Assembly: GCA_964016885.1 (NCBI GenBank)
Contig: OZ024742.1
Location: 59,272,001 to 59,336,000 of the forward strand
Source of the DNA: Eledone cirrhosa
Lineage: Eukaryota
Length of the DNA stretch: 64,000 bases
Direction of reading: 5' to 3'
Of the stretch, positions 58,380 through 64,000 are shown piece by piece (the stretch's first letter is position 1; each line of letters opens with the position of its first letter). A program made the position numbers and the translations under genes. The notes beneath the pieces were generated by a model. The model saw only the letters and a list, made by a program, of their open reading frames with translations, had not been told where the DNA came from and made no database searches.

Positions 58380-58750
58380 TATACTTTCAGACGTTCAATC
58401 ATCTGACAGAAAGATATACGATGCTGACGATAGCTAATAAGCTTGAAACTAGTACATTGTTCAACAAAAGGGCGACGATGGTTGCCGAGCATTGTTGAAC
58501 AAAAGGGCGACAATGGTTGCCGAGCACTGTACGCCGTAACTCGGGCTGTTTGTTTACAAACAAACCGAATATTATAATAAATGTTCGGTAAACCCATACG
58601 TACATAAATATATATATATATGTGCATGTATATATATACATACTACTGTGCGTCTGTACACATATATGTATGTACGTATACATACTTATATTTAGGTATT
58701 AGCCGTACTAAGAGTGAGAAATGAAATTTCGTTTCATTCTTTTCCATTTA
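58380..58750. mobile_element. Third copy of the 41851-42836 family
   Basis: Collinear with about 42497-42836, with an internal duplication of about 37 bp. Confidence 0.85.
58418..58460 (+). ncRNA. Minimal type I hammerhead ribozyme
   Basis: acgatg CTGACGA tagctaataagctt GAAA ctag TA cattgt. Confidence 0.72.
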
Positions 58751-58800
58751 TATATATATATATATGTATGTATGTATATATGTATGTGTGAATGTATGTT

Positions 58801-58901
<101 letters not shown>

Positions 58902-59216
58902 GGAAAGTGATGTAGCGTATATTAGAAGCTGACTATGAAAAGAATATAAAAAATAATGATGTCATTATTAATATGGATATTGGTTTTCCTTTTAACCAAG
59001 ATGATATCGAAAAAAGGAAAAAATAGTTTTCTGAGAAAAGAGAGAAATAAGAATTTCAAATGTGATGCCTTCCTTTCCCTTGGATATTAGTTAAATAATT
59101 AGAGAAACATTGTAAATATATATCTATATATCTATATCTATATCTATATCTCTTTCTATATATATCTCTCTCTAAATATATACAATGATGTACTTACATT
59201 CCCCCCCCCCCCCACA

Positions 59217-59255
<39 letters not shown>

Positions 59256-59769
59256 GCACATATTTATTTCACGAATACGGAATAAAATGGCTGCCGATAT
59301 TTCCACCCACCCGGGAATTTAGATAATAGAGTAAAGGTATTCGCCAAAGCATGAAAATTAATATTGAAATTAAGGATTCGAATAACTCCAAGAAGGCGCT
59401 GGGAAGTGGGTTTCTCAAATAATAATAATAATAATAATAATAATATTTTGCTATTATTGAATTCCAATTTTTTCAACGTTAGCATGTATTCTCTTATGTC
59501 GATGAAAAAAAATTACATATCAATTTATACCATTGTATTTCCAGTGGGGTTGGCGGCTCTATTAATCTAAGTTTTCAACTGATTGATCCGAATAGTCGCA
59601 CGCACGCACATTGACTATTCTAAATTGTTAGCTTCAATCTATTACAATAATGAACAGTTTCTTATTGACGCGCCACACTCTCCCTGCCTACACCAAGAAT
59701 TTCATCTCAAATATCAGAATTTTGATCTACAATACACACACATACATGTGTATATATGTATGTGTATAT

Positions 59770-59809
<40 letters not shown>

Positions 59810-59939
59810 ATTAAAATACTGGAGCTTGTTGGAGTTAAACACCCTCTTCGTATTATATTTTCATAATATATATATATATATACACGTATAAACACATATA
59901 TACATACATATATACATACACACACACACACGCGCATAA

Positions 59940-60004
<65 letters not shown>

Positions 60005-61519
60005 TATATGCACATACATATACAAAAGGATGTTTGAAATATTTTTCCAATAATTTATCATTAATGATTTTTCCAGCGGAGAAAGTAGTTAGAAGAATCA
60101 ATACGTAGAGAGACAGAGATACACATACTCATGCATTCGCACGTATCTACACCCGCAAAACCCATTTCTACGTAATTGTGTATGTATCACACAAATGATA
60201 TATACACATATGAGGATGAGGAAACCATATCTAAGAGAAAGAATTACAATAGTATATTATTGTAACACTTAAGAGTAAGTAAAAGTCTCATGGCATTTCG
60301 TGACTTAGTCCTTCATCCGAAAGAAAACTCGGAAAGAAGAGCTGTTTGCTTTGGATACAGAAGAAATCATCAGACAAACTAAAATAAAAAACAACGAAGA
60401 AAATGAATGAAAGCACACCTGTAATCATTTGTCAGCCAATGTTTTAGGTTTACGTCCATTATGCCTTTCTATATCTGTTATTTAAATCAAATGTATTTCA
60501 AGAACAATTAAAATTGGTTCCTCTTTGCTCAAGTAAGTTGAAACCAGCAATCGTTAAATGCGTTAAGCAAAAGAATAATAACAACATCCAAGCTCTCCGT
60601 GCTTTTGATGTGAAGTGAGGAAGTTAGCATCAGACAGGAGACATGGTTCAATTGCTTGCTTCAGACTGGATTCATTTAAAGATACCAAAAAGCCAGGTAC
60701 TTCTTTGAAATAGGAATATAGATTGAGTATATAATACAAGAATATCAACGCTATCTTTGACGGGATTCCATACAGTTACTAATTAATAACTTTTACTCAC
60801 TGAAAATGAAATAGTAGAGGATATGTGCCAAACGTGCTGCACATGGGGGGGGGGGGGGTCGAGTATAACGAACGTGACATAAATCAGTGTCTCTCTTGAG
60901 GGGTAGGAGGACTTAAAAAATAGATCATTTGGAAAATAAATTTCGAATGACTTCATCGTCATAATTCTATTAAAATATTAAGCTATTGTTATAATATAAT
61001 ATTATATTATATAAGACTATTTTATCTCCTCATTAATAAATATGAAGATTTCCTAATATTTTGGTGTTTGGTTGATTGGTTATTGTTGATAATGGTGGTG
61101 GGGTTGAGGTTGAGGTGATGGGTATGGTGTGGTGGTGGAGGATGGTGTAGAAGGTCTTGTGTATTTATCAGTTTGAGAACCACTTAGGTAAACTATAGAT
61201 TGAGCAATTGTTTTACATGTTTTATACATGAATATTATTTCTTCTTTGATAACTCTTTAAATAAACCCAATAAATATGAAAAATACATAAATAATTTAAA
61301 TAAAAATAACGGTAAAATATTTTACAGTGAGCAGTTTTGATAATATGTTTGCTTAAGATCAAGATGTATTTTAATGTCAGAACTAAAATATCCTTCTGTT
61401 GGTTTATTTCTTAAGCTGTTCAAACAAAAATGTTGCTTGTCTAAGTTAATGATTAATCTTATTGACGTATGCCGGATGAATCTACTGGTTACCTCTTGAT
61501 TGTATTGCTATTCCGTAGA

Positions 61520-62480
61520 CGCAGCATGACCGAATGGTTAAGATGTTCAGTTTGTTATAAGGTCCCAGGTTCGAATTTACTGCGTGGCATCTCGGGTAAG
61601 TTTCATTTATTATAACATTGGGTCGATGCAAGCGTTGTGAGTGAAAATGTATAGACATAAGCTGTTTGGGCGCTTGTTAGGTGGACTCTACCTGGTCCAA
61701 ACTTGTTTCACTTAATGTCCCTGAAAATTACCTTACGGTCTGTGGAATACCCACGTGTCTGTGGAATACTCAGTAACGTTCACTATAACAAAATATAGAG
61801 TATACACCTAATTCAATGCTTCGCGCTCCTCGCGCGATCTGTTACCTTGAATTTCCAAGAGAATTTACATTAAAAGTACATGCTTCTGTAATTCAAAGTA
61901 CTAGTCTTGTCGCACGCTTGAATATCTCCGAGAATTACGTTTGCTGTACACGTGTCTGTGGAACGCTCAGCCACATGCGGGCTATTCCGTTGATGGAACA
62001 AATGGAAAACTGATCGTTATACCCGACGAAAATCCATTTCAGTTCATTACTATACCTTATTCCTACTTATCCGCCAAGCGCTTTCCATATAATGACTGAA
62101 CCTCAGGAAAATTAAGAGACATTTGTATTTTACAATGTGATTTACCACTTAGTCAATGTACGTGACCCGGTCGTTAGACTGTTAGACGTGCAACTATAAG
62201 AATATGGTTTCAATTCCTGTAGCAGGTTGCGTGTTGTGGTTTTTGAGAAAAATAATTTATTTTGCATTGCTCCTTCTGCTAAGAATTGCGACCGGCAAAT
62301 ATTATTAGTAATATTTTATTTTCCGATGGCGATGGATTGGCCGAAAGTTTAGAGTCTCAGACAAAAATACTTCGGAGTATTCGATTGGGCATTTTACTTC
62401 AGATTCCGCCGAGTAACTTTCTCTATAATCCTTCTAGAGGAGGAAGGGATGGGGCGATAAAATAAACTACCAGTCATCCG
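61520..62480 (+). mobile_element. Cluster of old SINE remnants (families C, B and A)
   Basis: ggttcgaatttactgcgtggc; gtacacgtgtctgtggaacgctcagccac; gatggattggccgaa..gataaaataaactaccagt. Confidence 0.55.
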
Positions 62481-62859
62481 CTGACAATAGATTAGAAAGT
62501 AAATTTAGCATTTGTTTGATGTGATATTTAAAATTTACGCTGTTTATTTTTAGAGCCTGTATATACACTCTGTGCAAATGTTAAATATTTGTAACACATG
62601 ATCGTTATTGATCAGTGTTCGTTTTCATTGAAATTGTCATCAAAACTTTGACATTATAATACATGAGCAGATTTTCAAATTTGCACGTCTGTTTGTTTCC
62701 TCCTTCTTCTTCTTCTTCTTCTCCCCCTCCCCTCCTCCTCCTCCTATCATAATTATTATCATTCGTAACACTTTTGTTGTGGCAGATTTTATCCCGACAC
62801 TATACCAAAAAGAGCGAGCCATAGGCAATGACCAAAGGCCCTTCGGGTCATTCTTTCTG

Positions 62860-64000
62860 CTTCATCTTTATAACACCCACCTTACCATCCTTGCTGTTCC
62901 TAGAGATGCTCTTTTCTGTAACACTCCCGTCCTGGTGGTAATTCATAGCATCTCAAACCATGCACCTTTTACTAACTGCTCTCAGTGCCCCAAACACAAC
63001 CGGTACCACTTCTACGTGTCGAATTCTTTATAGTTTCATGATTTCCCTCTTCCCGGCTCAACTTTCTTATTTTCCTTCTCATTCACCCTGTGGTCCCAGT
63101 GTGAAGCAATATCCACAATATATGCCTGGTTATTCTTGTCTTCTACGTCAACAATGTCCGGCCTTCAAGCCACGATAAAATAGTCGCACAAGATCTTATA
63201 TTATTAGTTTCCAGCAACCCTTTGTGGTTGGTGCTCATACCATATCATACTTAGGATAGAGCTTCCAATGAACCAATCTGGAAATGTTGTACCTTCTCTT
63301 GTACTCTTTCTGAACAAACATCTTACATTCACTAATAATATGGTTTATTGTTTCACCTTTCTCAACACACAACTTACATAGCGGGCAATTCACTTACTTG
63401 TCAATATTGAACTTGATATACTTCGTTCTAGGTGCCTGTTCCTGGGTTGCCAAAATAAGGGCTTCAGTGTCAACTTTTGCGTCGCTTTTCCTAGTCCATT
63501 CCTAGTTCTTATTTTTGTCCATACATTTTTTCTATCCTTCTATTTAAGTTGTCATTCTGCCTGTCTTGTTTAAATTCTCCCTTTTCCTTTGATATACCAC
63601 TGCTTAGGACCTTTATCTTTCTTGATCCTGTCATCAACTCTCTATTTTCCTCGGACTTAACACAGCTAAAGAGACCTTTTTCTCCTCTCCGTCTTGATAG
63701 ATACAACCTGACCACGTCACCTTTGGGGTGTAGAACCCTTTTGAGGTGTCATCATTTTCCTGGTCTTTCTAAGAAGCTCCTTAAGTTCATCGCATAAGCG
63801 CTATACTTTAGAGCTGCAATAGCCGATGTGTTCATAGCCAGTATCTTATTCCTAATACTTTAACATCAACTTCACTCCCCTTTGATAATATTCTTTTCAT
63901 TTCCTTCTCTTTCATTTGGTTTGTTTCCAGGGTGCCTTAGTACTTATACACATTGTCGTCAATATCCTTTATAACTTGTCCGTCTAGTAATAACATTCCT
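62860..64000 (-). mobile_element. Third R4/Dong-like LINE 3' fragment, running off the window end
   Basis: YKY*GTLE; PKGDVVRLYL..GL; TEALILATQEQA; LLGTARMVRWV-like terminus. Confidence 0.75.

Overview
AT-rich, microsatellite-dense eukaryotic genomic DNA with no convincing host protein-coding gene. The SINE families and (TA)n/(CA)n load suggest an octopus (cephalopod) intron or intergenic region, which is an inference. Contents: decayed R4/Dong-type REL LINEs; a near full-length decayed Tx1/L1-clade LINE; Vingi/Ingi-, RTE- and CR1-like fragments; two Tc1/mariner relics; Helitron remnants; many tRNA-derived SINEs; and one young Penelope-like element (702-aa RT plus GIY-YIG ORF) with an inverted pseudo-LTR. 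Most short ORFs in the track are microsatellite translations. The main signal lies between about 41.6 and 58.8 kb. Several unrelated non-coding modules sit between (TA)n tracts, are often in tandem or inverted arrangement, and carry type I hammerhead-ribozyme folds that range from intact to variant to erased. This suggests a community of Penelope-dependent, retrozyme-like elements. Secondary signals: the dominant SINE appears to share its 3' tail with the Tx1 LINE, and there are recurrent microsatellite-associated fold-back duplications. All calls were made by eye without database searches.
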